Assembly: GCA_965223325.1 (NCBI GenBank)
Contig: CBDCWI010000001.1
Span: forward strand, 1,120,001-1,184,000
Direction: 5' to 3'
Origin: Candidatus Multivoradales bacterium
GTDB taxonomy: Bacteria; Acidobacteriota; Thermoanaerobaculia; Multivoradales; Multivoraceae
Length of the DNA stretch: 64,000 bases
Shown here: positions 39,359 through 49,267 of the stretch, one piece after another
Numbering within the stretch: position 1 is the stretch's first letter
Layout: each line of letters begins with the position of its first letter
Translations under genes and position numbers: made by a program
Notes under the pieces: model-generated
Database searches by the model: none
Seen by the model: the letters and a program-made list of their open reading frames with translations, nothing else
What the model was told of the DNA's origin: nothing

Positions 39359-39383
39359 GGAACCATGACAACGCATCCTCGTT
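39359..39383 (+). promoter_or_regulatory. Putative ECF sigma promoter
   Basis: GGAAC-N16-CGTT upstream of the aspartyl protease gene. Confidence 0.45.
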
Positions 39384-39438
39384 GAATAGGCAGGCGCTAG
39401 ACCGCGCCGCTCATGCCCCGAGGGAGATTCGACTGATC

Positions 39439-40713
39439 ATGGTGCCGTTCACCTCAACGCCTCGCCCATCGCACGACCGCAACTGCGGCGCTGTGCTGGC
39501 TATCTGTTTGCTCTTCGCGTCACTTCCAGCTGGCGGCCAGCAAGCCGAGCGCCGGCTCGCCGCCCCGCCGAGCAGCGAAACCGTCGAAGTCACGACGCCC
39601 GAGGCCACACCTGAGGTGCCCTTCGAGCTGGTCAACAATCACTATGTCATCGAAGCGAGCGTGAACGGCTCCGAGCCCTTGCGCCTGGTGCTCGACACCG
39701 GAATGCCCGGGAAAGGAGCGCTCCTCTATGAAAACGACGCCACCGACGAGGTCGATCTAGAGTTCGACCCGGCCTTTCAGGCGCGGGTGGGAGGAGCCGG
39801 CGGCACCGGCGGGACGATGGTCGCTCAGGTAGCAAACGACGCGACGCTCGACTTCGCAGGAGTCCGCTTCCAGCACAGCCGCGTGATGGTGATTCCGGTT
39901 CCCGCGGGCTTCCCCACCCTCGACGACGGGATCGTCGGCTACTCGTTCTTCGCCAACTTCGCGGTCGAGATCGACCACCAAGAGAACGTTCTGCGGCTTC
40001 ACGACCCGGCGACCTACGATCCGCCGACCGGTGCCGCTGTGCTGCCTCTCACGTTCAGGGGCAACCTGCCGTACACCACCATCGGCGTTTCGACTTCAGG
40101 CGGACCGGTCGTACCGGCGGAGGTGGTGGTCGATCTTGGAGCCGGCCACGCGATCTCTCTCAACGACGAGCGGGCCGAAATCACGGTGCCCTCGGAGTCT
40201 CTACCCACCGTTCTCGGGCGCGGCATCTCCGGCCCGATCGACGGTGTCGTTGCCAGGATCGCGAAGATGAAGCTCGGCCCGATCGAGCTGACCGACGTGG
40301 TGACTTCTTTTCCCGTCAAGGAACACCAGAACCCTCGGGGCATCGACTCGCTTGCCGGCAACCTCGGATCCGAGACCCTACGGCGCTTCGATACGACGTT
40401 CGACTATGCCGGCAAGAGAATGGTCCTGGTTGCCACCCAACGATCCAGCGAACCGTTCAGATTCGATCGCTCAGGCCTCGGGTTTCTCTGGGCCGAAACG
40501 ACGACCGTGGCGTCGATCATCGGGGGTTCCCCTGGCGCCCAGGCAGGCATCGAGATCGGGGATGTCCTCTTGACGGTGAATGGGAAACCCGCCGCCAGCC
40601 TCGGGGTCGATGGGGTCCGGGCGGTGCTCTGGCAAGAGGGCGAAGTGACCCTGGCATTTGAACGCAACGGAAAGCTGTTCGAGCGCGTCCTCACCTTGCG
40701 GCGCCTCATCTAG
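39439..40713 (+). CDS. Exported tandem retropepsin-like aspartyl protease with PDZ domain
   Basis: LVLDTG...GIVG and VVDLGA...GNLG; PDZ SPGAQAGIEIGDVLLTVNG. Confidence 0.85.
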   Translation: MVPFTSTPRPSHDRNCGAVLAICLLFASLPAGGQQAERRLAAPPSSETVEVTTPEATPEVPFELVNNHYVIEASVNGSEPLRLVLDTGMPGKGALLYENDATDEVDLEFDPAFQARVGGAGGTGGTMVAQVANDATLDFAGVRFQHSRVMVIPVPAGFPTLDDGIVGYSFFANFAVEIDHQENVLRLHDPATYDPPTGAAVLPLTFRGNLPYTTIGVSTSGGPVVPAEVVVDLGAGHAISLNDERAEITVPSESLPTVLGRGISGPIDGVVARIAKMKLGPIELTDVVTSFPVKEHQNPRGIDSLAGNLGSETLRRFDTTFDYAGKRMVLVATQRSSEPFRFDRSGLGFLWAETTTVASIIGGSPGAQAGIEIGDVLLTVNGKPAASLGVDGVRAVLWQEGEVTLAFERNGKLFERVLTLRRLI

Positions 40714-40799
40714 CGGGCCCCGCTCGATTCCCCCGGCATAAGCAGCAGGCGGCACGCCTCACCTGACGCCGCCGCCAATCCACCGCCACGGTCTACTTC

Positions 40800-42158
40800 C
40801 TATTTCACGCGGCGGCCGTTCTTGATCACGATGTCGACGTTCGACAGCCGATCGATGAAGCGAAGCACATCACCACGCACCGCAATGATGTCGGCCTTCT
40901 TGCCCTCGGAGACCGTACCCACCTCCTCGTTCACACCCTGCGCTACCGCCGGCCAGTAGGTCGCCGCCTGAATGGCTGCCATTGCGTCCATGCCAAAGGT
41001 GTTGACCCAGGTCTCGAGCTCGCGCCAGGTCGCGTCACTATGGAAGTTGAGCGGCACCCCGCTGTCGGTGCCAATCAGCAAGACGACACCCGAAGCCCTC
41101 AGCTGCTCGAACTTGCGGGCCAGGGTCGGTCGCCGCACGGGCATCAGCTGGTAGTAGTCGAGACGTTCGAGGTTCTCGAGCGACCCCCTCACGTCTTCGA
41201 TGACGTCTGCAGGGAGGCCGCGGTGCCACCGCGGGTCATCGATGCGCTCGGGGTTGTCACGGGTGTACTCGTACAAAAAGAGCGGTGAGATGGTTGGCGT
41301 CCAGAACAGGGTGTTGGCGCGGCTCTTCATCAGCTCGAAGACGTCATCCGGATACTCCGGCGCCGTACCCAGACCGGTGTGCTCGAAGTTGTCGACACCG
41401 GCGATGATGCCGCGCCGAATCTCCTCGGGTCGATGGGAGTGAGCGATCACCGGCAGGTCGCGAGCATGCGCGGCATCGACGATCGCCTCGACCTCGTCCA
41501 TTGTCATCTGGTCCTGATCGATCAGTTTGATCAGGTCGACTCCGGCATCGGCCAGCTTGTCGACTTTCTGGCGCGCGTCAAGAACGCCGTCGATACCCCA
41601 GCGAAACCGCTCGGTCCCCGGGTAGGGCTCGTGCTGGAGAAAGGGGCCCGAGACGTAGAGCGTTGGCCCGAGCATCTTGCCGGCATTGATCGCGTCGCGG
41701 ATCGCCAGAATCTCCTCGAGCGGTGCCCCGAGATCACGTGCACTGGTCACCCCGGCCAGCAAGAGCTGTTCTGCCGCCGCCGGCATGATGTCTTTCTGCC
41801 AGCGATCGATGTACTCCCGGTCCCAATGGTCGTAGTCGGAGTGGCCGACCAGCATGAGGTGAACGTGCATGTCCCAGAGACCGGGGAGCACGCTCATGCC
41901 CTCGGTCGAAATCACTTCGGTTCCCGCCGGCAGCTCGAAGTCACCCTCTTGACCCACCCGAACGATGCGATCGCCTTCGATGAGAACGACGCTGTCTTCG
42001 ACCGGACGACCGCCGAAGCCATCGATCAAACGACCACCGACCAGGGCGACGCTCTCTGCTGTTGCCGCCGGCGGGAAAAGCACCAACAGAACGAAGGCCA
42101 GCGGAATCAATCGCCGACAGGAAGGCAAGGAGAGGCTCGTCTGACCAACCCAGCGCAT
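40800..42158 (-). CDS. Exported metal-dependent amidohydrolase
   Basis: PGLWDMHVH, IAHSH, FEHT, GTDSG, GKKADII; signal peptide. Confidence 0.9.
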   Translation of the reverse strand: MRWVGQTSLSLPSCRRLIPLAFVLLVLFPPAATAESVALVGGRLIDGFGGRPVEDSVVLIEGDRIVRVGQEGDFELPAGTEVISTEGMSVLPGLWDMHVHLMLVGHSDYDHWDREYIDRWQKDIMPAAAEQLLLAGVTSARDLGAPLEEILAIRDAINAGKMLGPTLYVSGPFLQHEPYPGTERFRWGIDGVLDARQKVDKLADAGVDLIKLIDQDQMTMDEVEAIVDAAHARDLPVIAHSHRPEEIRRGIIAGVDNFEHTGLGTAPEYPDDVFELMKSRANTLFWTPTISPLFLYEYTRDNPERIDDPRWHRGLPADVIEDVRGSLENLERLDYYQLMPVRRPTLARKFEQLRASGVVLLIGTDSGVPLNFHSDATWRELETWVNTFGMDAMAAIQAATYWPAVAQGVNEEVGTVSEGKKADIIAVRGDVLRFIDRLSNVDIVIKNGRRVK

Positions 42159-42487
42159 TAGCGGTAGTCGTCGCGCGTGGGTTGGAAAACGTCGAGGATG
42201 CGGCTCGCGGTCACCGCCCGGCCGGAGTGCGGAACGTTGGACGGAATCACCAACACCGAACCGGGCTCGAGACGATGCGTCGTTTCACCGACGGTGAGCT
42301 CGAAGACGCCTTCGAGGACATGCGCCGCCTGTTCGTGAACATGTGCGTGCTCTGGCAGCTCTGCCCCTTCGGTGACCTCCCAGAAGGCGAGGGTCATCTG
42401 GTCGCCATGAACGAAGCGCCCCAGAAAGCCCGGCACGGGCTCGATCGGGGCGATGGCCGAAAGGTCGTAGGGCACCGCGTCGGTCAC
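42158..42487 (-). CDS. Cupin domain protein
   Basis: HAHVHEQ, IPSNVPH, DVFQPTRDDY. Confidence 0.9.
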   Translation of the reverse strand: MTDAVPYDLSAIAPIEPVPGFLGRFVHGDQMTLAFWEVTEGAELPEHAHVHEQAAHVLEGVFELTVGETTHRLEPGSVLVIPSNVPHSGRAVTASRILDVFQPTRDDYR

Positions 42488-42906
42488 GGGTCGAGCCTGG
42501 CGGTCGCCGAGCCCTTGACGACGGTCACACCATCCTGGTTGTTGGTGACCACCGCCAGATCAACCAGTTCTTCCCCGCTCTCCTCCCGCAACGCCTCGAC
42601 CGTGGTGGTGGTCGTCAACGTGTCTCCTGGCCACACCTGGGCGGTAAAGCGCACGCCGTAGTTTCGCAGTCGGCCGTCGCCAACGATGTCGGTGACAGCC
42701 CGCCCGGTCATGCCCATGGTCAGCATGCCGTGAGCGAAGACGGCCGGATAGCCGGCGACTTCCATAGCGAAGACCTCGTCGGTGTGCAGGGGGTTGTAGT
42801 CACCGGAGGCGCCGGCGTACTGAACGATCTGGGTGCGAGTGAGGTTGTCGACAACCACGGTCTCCCAGCTCTTGCCGACTTCGAGTTCCGATTTCTTGAG
42901 TGCCAT
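42484..42906 (-). CDS. MaoC-family (R)-hydratase
   Basis: YAGASGDYNPLH, AHGML; ATG 42906. Confidence 0.88.
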   Translation of the reverse strand: MALKKSELEVGKSWETVVVDNLTRTQIVQYAGASGDYNPLHTDEVFAMEVAGYPAVFAHGMLTMGMTGRAVTDIVGDGRLRNYGVRFTAQVWPGDTLTTTTTVEALREESGEELVDLAVVTNNQDGVTVVKGSATARLDP

Positions 42907-42907
42907 G

Positions 42908-43402
42908 TCAGCTTTCCTCCTGCTGGACGACCTTCTCGGTCTGAACACCAACCGAGCGTGCGGTGACGACGAGTTCACCACTTGGGTCGCGATACTCCGT
43001 GATCTGCGACGAGAACTTGAGCTTGCCGCCCTTGCGGCCTTCCTTCTCCCAGCTCTCACCAGGCTTCGTTGACACGGTAAGCACTTCGCCAGCGCGCAGC
43101 GGCCGGTGGTACTCGAAGTGCTGCTCGGCATGCAGACCGGTGCCGCCCGCCAGCTTCTCGGGAGGCACGCCGCTCGGTGTCTTGCCCGAACCGAACCACG
43201 CCTCGCCAAACTTCGGTCGTAAGGGGTAGTCCGGGTTGAACTGGGCCGAAGACTGAACAAACGTCGGCGGCGCGACGATGCCACCAACTTCGGTTTCTTT
43301 GGCCGCTTCTTCATCGTGATACACGGGGTTGGGATCGCCGACCGAGCGCGCAAAACGCTGGATGTGGCCTGCCTCGACGAGGAAACGGAACGACTCCGCC
43401 AT
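42908..43402 (-). CDS. MaoC-like N-terminal (HadA-type) dehydratase partner
   Basis: VEAGHIQRFA, GDPNPVY, APPTF, LHAEQHFEYHRP. Confidence 0.85.
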   Translation of the reverse strand: MAESFRFLVEAGHIQRFARSVGDPNPVYHDEEAAKETEVGGIVAPPTFVQSSAQFNPDYPLRPKFGEAWFGSGKTPSGVPPEKLAGGTGLHAEQHFEYHRPLRAGEVLTVSTKPGESWEKEGRKGGKLKFSSQITEYRDPSGELVVTARSVGVQTEKVVQQEES

Positions 43403-43515
43403 GAGGGTCTCCTTCTCTCTACGCCCACCGCAAGCGGGCCGCAGGTCTGTTTTGGAACTGTTGGTTGTGTGGCGCCATTATGCACCGTTTGCAGAGAGCG
43501 GGGGCAGAACCAGGA

Positions 43516-43545
43516 AAGGCCCGCCGGGAGAACCCGACGGGCCTT
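43516..43545 (-). terminator. Probable intrinsic terminator hairpin after the crystallin gene
   Basis: On the minus strand AAGGCCCGTCGGG-TTCT-CCCGGCGGGCCTT, with a short T tail. Confidence 0.6.
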
Positions 43546-43568
43546 CTGGAACCGAAGTGCCGAGCGGC

Positions 43569-44699
43569 TCAGCGACAGGAGACGCGCAGCGACGAAACGC
43601 TATCGTTGCCCACCGGCGAGCCGTTCAGGCTATAGACCGGACCTTCGACCTGCCAGCGACGGCCCCCGAAGTTGATGTCGGTGTAGAGCTCGGCGACGCA
43701 ACCCTCGTCAACACGGATGGAGCTCGCAGCATCGTTGCCGAGCGCCGAGCGGCCAAGGTCAGGCACGGCACCCTGGAAGGTCTCGTTGCGACCTTCGAAG
43801 TTGTCATGCTCGAAGAGAGTGGCACCGCGCGCGGTGCCGCCGCAGTAGACCTTGAGCGAAGAAACGGTGTCGTTGCCAATCGGCGTGCCCGAGAGGCTGT
43901 AGACCGGACCTTCAACGCTCCAGCTGCGACCGCGGAAGTCGATGTCCTCGAAGAGCTCGGCGCGGCAACCGGCATCGACGCGGATGGAGCTCATCGTGTC
44001 ATTGCCCACGGCGCTCCGCCGCAGGTCTCGAACGTCGCCGTAGAAGGTGTCGCTGCGGCCGCCGAAGTTGGCCGCCTCGAAGACCGTCACTCCACCCGGA
44101 CCCTGGTTGCCACCCGGGCCGGGGGCGCGCTCGACCGTTCCAGTCGCCGCTGCCTGCGGGTCGTAGACTTCGAGACGAATGTCGCCGACGCGCATTGACC
44201 CATCGATCGGCGAGGTGATGGTGTAACGCACGATGGTGGGAGTGCGGTTACCCGCCATGACGTCGTTGCCGGTGATGTTGGTCGTACCGAGGCTCTCGTT
44301 CTGGCGCGAAAGGTAGGCGCGGTTCTTACCCGAGATGACCTCCCAGGTCGCAGTAGGCAGGCGCGGCGCACGGTTCGGGTTGTGGGTCAGCCCGACGACC
44401 CGCAGGCGCAGGGTTTCTCCGACCGCTAGACGCAGGCCGTCCTGCGCCCGGATGCGCTCGCGCTCTTGCTTGATCTTGGTGTCAAAGACGTCGATTGCAA
44501 CCGAAGCGATCTGCGGGCCTGACTGTGCATTGACCTGCCCCTGTCCGGGAGGTGTCGTCGGGCGCACGCGGCCCTGCTGACTGAAAGCCGCCCCCGCCAT
44601 GAGGGCGCACAGGGCGAGAGCAGTAACGGCCGCCAGCGGCCGCGAAGCAACAGTGGTTGATTGGCGCGTCGAGAACGGTCTCGAAGTTGGCTTCTTCAT
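43569..44699 (-). CDS. Exported beta/gamma-crystallin domain protein (two domains)
   Basis: F-x-x-x-NF-x-G units with NDTMSS, NDTVSS, NDAASS and NDSVSS; signal peptide; SD AAGGA. Confidence 0.87.
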   Translation of the reverse strand: MKKPTSRPFSTRQSTTVASRPLAAVTALALCALMAGAAFSQQGRVRPTTPPGQGQVNAQSGPQIASVAIDVFDTKIKQERERIRAQDGLRLAVGETLRLRVVGLTHNPNRAPRLPTATWEVISGKNRAYLSRQNESLGTTNITGNDVMAGNRTPTIVRYTITSPIDGSMRVGDIRLEVYDPQAAATGTVERAPGPGGNQGPGGVTVFEAANFGGRSDTFYGDVRDLRRSAVGNDTMSSIRVDAGCRAELFEDIDFRGRSWSVEGPVYSLSGTPIGNDTVSSLKVYCGGTARGATLFEHDNFEGRNETFQGAVPDLGRSALGNDAASSIRVDEGCVAELYTDINFGGRRWQVEGPVYSLNGSPVGNDSVSSLRVSCR

Positions 44700-44912
44700 C
44701 GTAGTTTCCTTCAGAAGCGCTGGAAGCACCAGCACCTCAGGTGTTTGCTCGAGGAGTATGTTCTGGATTCGTATACATCTTGAAGTGTGGGCCGCGGAAA
44801 CGCCGGCCCTTGTTGTTTGAGTCTTGCACGCGCCAGCCGAATCCGCATTGCGCAAAGGTTGCTGCAGTTCCCGGGGCGCGGTACAGAACCCTGAACCAGC
44901 TCGCCCCAGGGC

Positions 44913-46685
44913 CTATTCCGCGCTCGACCTGGCGCCGGTTTCGTCGACGAAAAGCAGGTTGACGAACGGGTCGAGCACGACGGCGCCGAGCTCGCCGCCT
45001 CTTCGCCTGGGGAGCCTGACTCGGGTGGTGCGCTCGTCGGTTGGAACGACCAGCCGGAGGTCGGGCGCGCCTTCGAAGCCCACCTCGACCTCGAGGTTCA
45101 TCGGCTTCTCCTGCAGCTGCTCGAGCACCAGCAGCTGACGACCTCCGCGCCCCGGAAGCGTCGTCGTTCGAGCTCGCAGACGGGGGAGTTCTTCGCGACG
45201 AAGCCATTGTTCGAAGAAGGCATCGAGATTTCGCCCCGCGACTTCTTCCATCACGCTTTCGAAGTCTAGAGAACTCGCATTGCGATGCCGAAAGCGTTCA
45301 TGAAAGGTCCGCAGCCCCCGCCAGAAGAGCCGGTCCCCTACCTGCCGCCTCAACATGTGCAACACCCAGGCACCGCGCTGGTACGTATGCGGCCCCAGCA
45401 GAGTCTCGAGATCGACGTCGGCCTCCGACTCGAGCTGCACCACGACCGTCCGTTCGCTGGCCTGTCGTACGACAACTCGGCGGGCGCGCTCGAGGGTCTC
45501 ACGTAGGGCCGCCGCGCCCTCGGTCTCCTCTTGATAGAGCGCCGCCAGGTAGGTGGCGAACCCTTCAGACAACCAGACGTGATTCCAGGTCTCCTCGGTC
45601 AGCGAGTCGCCAAACCACTGGTGGGCGATTTCGTGCGCCAGGAGACCCGTGAGCTTGCCTTCGCCGGTCACCGCCGCCTCGCGATAGAACGGGTTGCCGG
45701 CGTTTTCGAGACCGCCCCATCGGGTCGTCGACTGCACGTTGGCGAGCTTGGCCCACGGGTAGGTGCCCAACCGGCGGTCGAAGAACTCCAGAATGTCGAG
45801 AGCCGGTGCAAAGTCGGCCCAGCCCGCCTCCCGATCCTGCGGGTACACCCAACTGGTCACCGGAACCGAGCCCACCTGGCCAACCTTCTCGACCGCGAAA
45901 CGGGCCACGCCAACCGCCATGACCTTGGTCGCGATGGGCGCGTCGCTCTGCCAGGTAGTCCGTCGCAAGCCGCCTTCGAGATCGGTCTCTTCGAGCAGCG
46001 AACCACAGCCAACGACCTGGTAGATCGCCGGCGCCGTCACCCGAAAGCCACAGCGCGCCTTGTCCGACGGATGGTCGCGGACCGGCAGCCAGTGGCGTGC
46101 ACGGTCGGGCCAGTTGTCGGCGAAGATCGTGCCCTCGCCATGGCGGTTGCGGGCCATGACCAGACCTTCGGCGGGTCGCCCCGAGTAGTCGACACGGACC
46201 AGCACTTCACGCCGCTCTTCAACGCCCGGCCCGGCAGCGAGATCCGTGAGATCGATCGACAACCGGTCGTTGTGGTGTTCGAACGCCAGCTCGACGCGTT
46301 CAACACGGTCGTAGGAGCGGCGGTCTTCGGTCGTGCCGAGAGCATCGAAACCCCCCGAGACGGCCACAACGGTCATGCCACTGGGCGGGAGCTGCGAACC
46401 TGTCGTGGCCTCGCTTCCGCCTTCGCCGGCGGACCCTCCCACCAGGTCGAGCACCAACCGCTCGCAACGTTCACACGCCAGCTCGATCCATGCACTGCCG
46501 GTGATTGTCGGCACTTCAGGATCGAGCACCAGATCAAAGCGATAGGCCAGGATGTCCTCACCGGGCTCGCGCTCCAGATCACGCACCGGTGCCGCGGCCA
46601 AAAGAGCCTCGGTGAGACCCAGCAGGGCCACGAGAGCAATCGCCGCACGCACCGCAGACCTCTCGCGATGAAGCACCTCTCTCAT
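44913..46685 (-). CDS. Exported M1 family aminopeptidase
   Basis: GGLEN, HEIAHQWFG, WLSEGFATY, YQRGA. Confidence 0.9.
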   Translation of the reverse strand: MREVLHRERSAVRAAIALVALLGLTEALLAAAPVRDLEREPGEDILAYRFDLVLDPEVPTITGSAWIELACERCERLVLDLVGGSAGEGGSEATTGSQLPPSGMTVVAVSGGFDALGTTEDRRSYDRVERVELAFEHHNDRLSIDLTDLAAGPGVEERREVLVRVDYSGRPAEGLVMARNRHGEGTIFADNWPDRARHWLPVRDHPSDKARCGFRVTAPAIYQVVGCGSLLEETDLEGGLRRTTWQSDAPIATKVMAVGVARFAVEKVGQVGSVPVTSWVYPQDREAGWADFAPALDILEFFDRRLGTYPWAKLANVQSTTRWGGLENAGNPFYREAAVTGEGKLTGLLAHEIAHQWFGDSLTEETWNHVWLSEGFATYLAALYQEETEGAAALRETLERARRVVVRQASERTVVVQLESEADVDLETLLGPHTYQRGAWVLHMLRRQVGDRLFWRGLRTFHERFRHRNASSLDFESVMEEVAGRNLDAFFEQWLRREELPRLRARTTTLPGRGGRQLLVLEQLQEKPMNLEVEVGFEGAPDLRLVVPTDERTTRVRLPRRRGGELGAVVLDPFVNLLFVDETGARSSAE

Positions 46686-46699
46686 GCGAGAATCATTGC

Positions 46700-47119
46700 A
46701 TGGCAGTGTTGGCCATCAACGACGAACTCGAGATCGACGAAGACGACTTCGAAGAGACGTTCGTGCGCTCGCCAGGACCCGGCGGCCAGAACGTCAACAA
46801 GGTGGCGACCGCCGTCCAGCTACGTTTTCCTGTAGGCGACAGCGACTTGCCCGTAGCCGTCAAGGAGCGCCTCCGCATCCTCGCCGGCTCACGGCTGACC
46901 AAGAACGACGCGGTCCTCCTGTCGAGCAGTCGCTTCCGCACCCGCGAACGCAACCGCGCCGACGTCCGCGAGCGATTGGTTGCTCTGATCGCCAAGGCAG
47001 CCAAGCCGCGAAAGAAGCGCCGCAAGACCAAACCTTCGCGCTCGTCGAAGGAGAGGCGCCTGGCCGGAAAGAAGCGCCAGAGCGACAAGAAGCGCCTGCG
47101 CAAGCCGCCAACCGAGTGA
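46700..47119 (+). CDS. arfB: Alternative ribosome rescue peptidyl-tRNA hydrolase ArfB
   Basis: GPGGQNVNKVATAVQLRF and a basic C-terminal tail. Confidence 0.95.
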   Translation: MAVLAINDELEIDEDDFEETFVRSPGPGGQNVNKVATAVQLRFPVGDSDLPVAVKERLRILAGSRLTKNDAVLLSSSRFRTRERNRADVRERLVALIAKAAKPRKKRRKTKPSRSSKERRLAGKKRQSDKKRLRKPPTE

Positions 47120-47200
47120 TCGGTGATCTGTCGAGGAGGGACAAAACAGAGATCGAGTGCGAGGACGGCTCTGGCGCTGGCGTTTCACTGGAACGGAGTA

Positions 47201-49060
47201 CTAGCCGCCGGCAGCGCTCGCGCTGGGCCGGGCCTTCTGCTCGGCAATCCAACGCTCGATCTGCTGGGCGAGGACCGGTAGGGGCACCGAACCCTTGGCG
47301 AGCACCGCGTCGTGGAAAGAGCGCACGTCAAAGGCGGCGCCGAGCTCATCTTCGGCCAGTCGGCGCAATCTTCTGATCTCGATCTCCCCCATCTTGTAGG
47401 CCAACGCCTGACCGGGCCAGCTGATGTAGCGGTCGGTTTCAGTGGAAGTCTCGTGAAGCGAAAGCGCGGTATTCGAACGCAGGTAGTCGAGCATCTGATC
47501 GCGAGTCCAACCCATCGCGTGGACCCCGGTATCGACGACCAGACGACACGCGCGCCACATCTCATAGGTCAGACGACCAAAGTTGCTGTAGGGGTCTTCG
47601 TAGAAGCCCGCCTCGAGGCCAAGGTACTCAGAGTAGAGGCCCCAACCCTCGCCGAACGCCGAGAGATAGGTGTGTCGCCTGAAGGTCGGCACGCCTTCGA
47701 GCTCGCGCGCCAGCGCCCCCTGCAGGTGGTGACCTGGCACCGCTTCGTGCAGCGAAAGCGCCTCGAGCGCGTAGAACGGCCGACTTGGCAGGTTGTAGAC
47801 GTTGACCCAGTAGATGCCCGGGCGACCGCTACCCTCGGCCGGGCCAACGTAGCGCCCGGCGGTGTACTTCGGAGCGATCGAATCCGGTACCGGCTCGACG
47901 GTGTACGGCAGGCGCGGCAGCTTCCCGAACAGCGACGGCAGCTTGCCGTCCATCTTCTTCGAAATCCAGGCGGCGCGCTCGAGCAGATCCTCAGCGGTCT
48001 TCGGGTAGAAGCGCTCGTCGGTTCGCAAGAACGTCAGGAACTCGTCGAAGGTGCCTTCGAAACCAACCTCCTCGACGATCGCCTCCATCTCGGAGCGAAT
48101 GCGCGCGACCTCGCGGCGCCCGATGTCGTGGATCTCCTGCGGCGTCATGTCGAGGGTGGTGTACTGCCAGATCTGGTGGGCGTAGTAGTCGCGCCCGTTG
48201 GGCAGGTCGTAGGCACCGAGCGTCTCGCGCGCACCCGGCTGGTACTCATCGAGAAAGAACCGCAACAGGGTCTTGTAGGCCGCCACCGGGCCCTCCATGA
48301 TCGCCTTCCGACCGGCCGCACGCAGCCGCTCATGGTCGGACTCGGGGACGGCCACCGGAAACTTCTCGAACGGCTCCCAGAAGTCACTCTCGGTGGGATC
48401 GGCAACCACATGGGCCTCGATCCCCGCCTCATAGCCCTCGATGGTGACGCGCGGCAGTGTCATGCCACTGGCCAGGCCAGCGCGCAGGTTGTCGATCTGC
48501 TCGCCGAAGTAGCGCGGCGTCTGCTCGAGACGCGTGAGATAGTTCTCGTAGTCCGCGGTGGTCTTGAAGGTCATCCTCTTCGACAAGCGCGCAAAGCCGG
48601 AGTGGAACCCTGAATCGGCGTTCCAGGGCAGCTGCCAGTCGCCCAGCTCGTCGCTCCGAACGCGGTTCTTGATGCCGCGCTCGAACATCTCGAGGTTGAT
48701 CACATCGTCTTCGCTGAGCGTTTTGCGATCGATCTTCGCCAGCCTCGTCTGCAGGTCGCGGTAGTAGCGCATATCGGTGGCGCGAAACGCGGGGGTCACC
48801 GTCGGCAGCTGGTCGTCGAGGCGATGGTCGCCAACACCAGTCGCAAACAGCGGCTGCGTGTTCAGCCGGTGTTCCCATTCTTCGTCAAAGAGGTCCCAGA
48901 GCACCGGCGAGTGACCCGGTGGGCGCTCCTCGGCCACGGCCGCCGCTCCCGAGAAGACCAGCGCCGTGAGCAGAAAGAGAAAGAAAACGGCGCACCAACG
49001 GTGCCCCCCAACGGTGCGGGCCGGGACGCGGCGCATCATGAGAACCTCCCTACGATTCAC
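47201..49060 (-). CDS. Exported DUF885 family protein
   Basis: HEAVPGHHLQ, EGWGLYSE, RACRLVVDTG, PGQALAYKMG. Confidence 0.92.
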   Translation of the reverse strand: MNRREVLMMRRVPARTVGGHRWCAVFFLFLLTALVFSGAAAVAEERPPGHSPVLWDLFDEEWEHRLNTQPLFATGVGDHRLDDQLPTVTPAFRATDMRYYRDLQTRLAKIDRKTLSEDDVINLEMFERGIKNRVRSDELGDWQLPWNADSGFHSGFARLSKRMTFKTTADYENYLTRLEQTPRYFGEQIDNLRAGLASGMTLPRVTIEGYEAGIEAHVVADPTESDFWEPFEKFPVAVPESDHERLRAAGRKAIMEGPVAAYKTLLRFFLDEYQPGARETLGAYDLPNGRDYYAHQIWQYTTLDMTPQEIHDIGRREVARIRSEMEAIVEEVGFEGTFDEFLTFLRTDERFYPKTAEDLLERAAWISKKMDGKLPSLFGKLPRLPYTVEPVPDSIAPKYTAGRYVGPAEGSGRPGIYWVNVYNLPSRPFYALEALSLHEAVPGHHLQGALARELEGVPTFRRHTYLSAFGEGWGLYSEYLGLEAGFYEDPYSNFGRLTYEMWRACRLVVDTGVHAMGWTRDQMLDYLRSNTALSLHETSTETDRYISWPGQALAYKMGEIEIRRLRRLAEDELGAAFDVRSFHDAVLAKGSVPLPVLAQQIERWIAEQKARPSASAAGG

Positions 49061-49137
49061 AGAGTTACAGTGTGCGACACCCTACCTCGCGTCGTCTCGG
49101 CACGCTCACCTGGTGGCGGTGACCGGCGCCGGCCGCC

Positions 49138-49166
49138 TTGCAGATACACCGCCAAGTCGGTATATT
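49138..49166 (+). promoter_or_regulatory. Putative sigma70 promoter of the DUF1800-DUF1501 pair
   Basis: TTGCAG-N17-TATATT. Confidence 0.55.
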
Positions 49167-49267
49167 GCACTTATTCTATTAATCGACCCACGGATGTTCC
49201 GCGTGGGTCAATGCGCCCGCTCCCTTTCTGCCACCTTAGTTTGACCTTTGTTGATGAGGAGTTTGCA

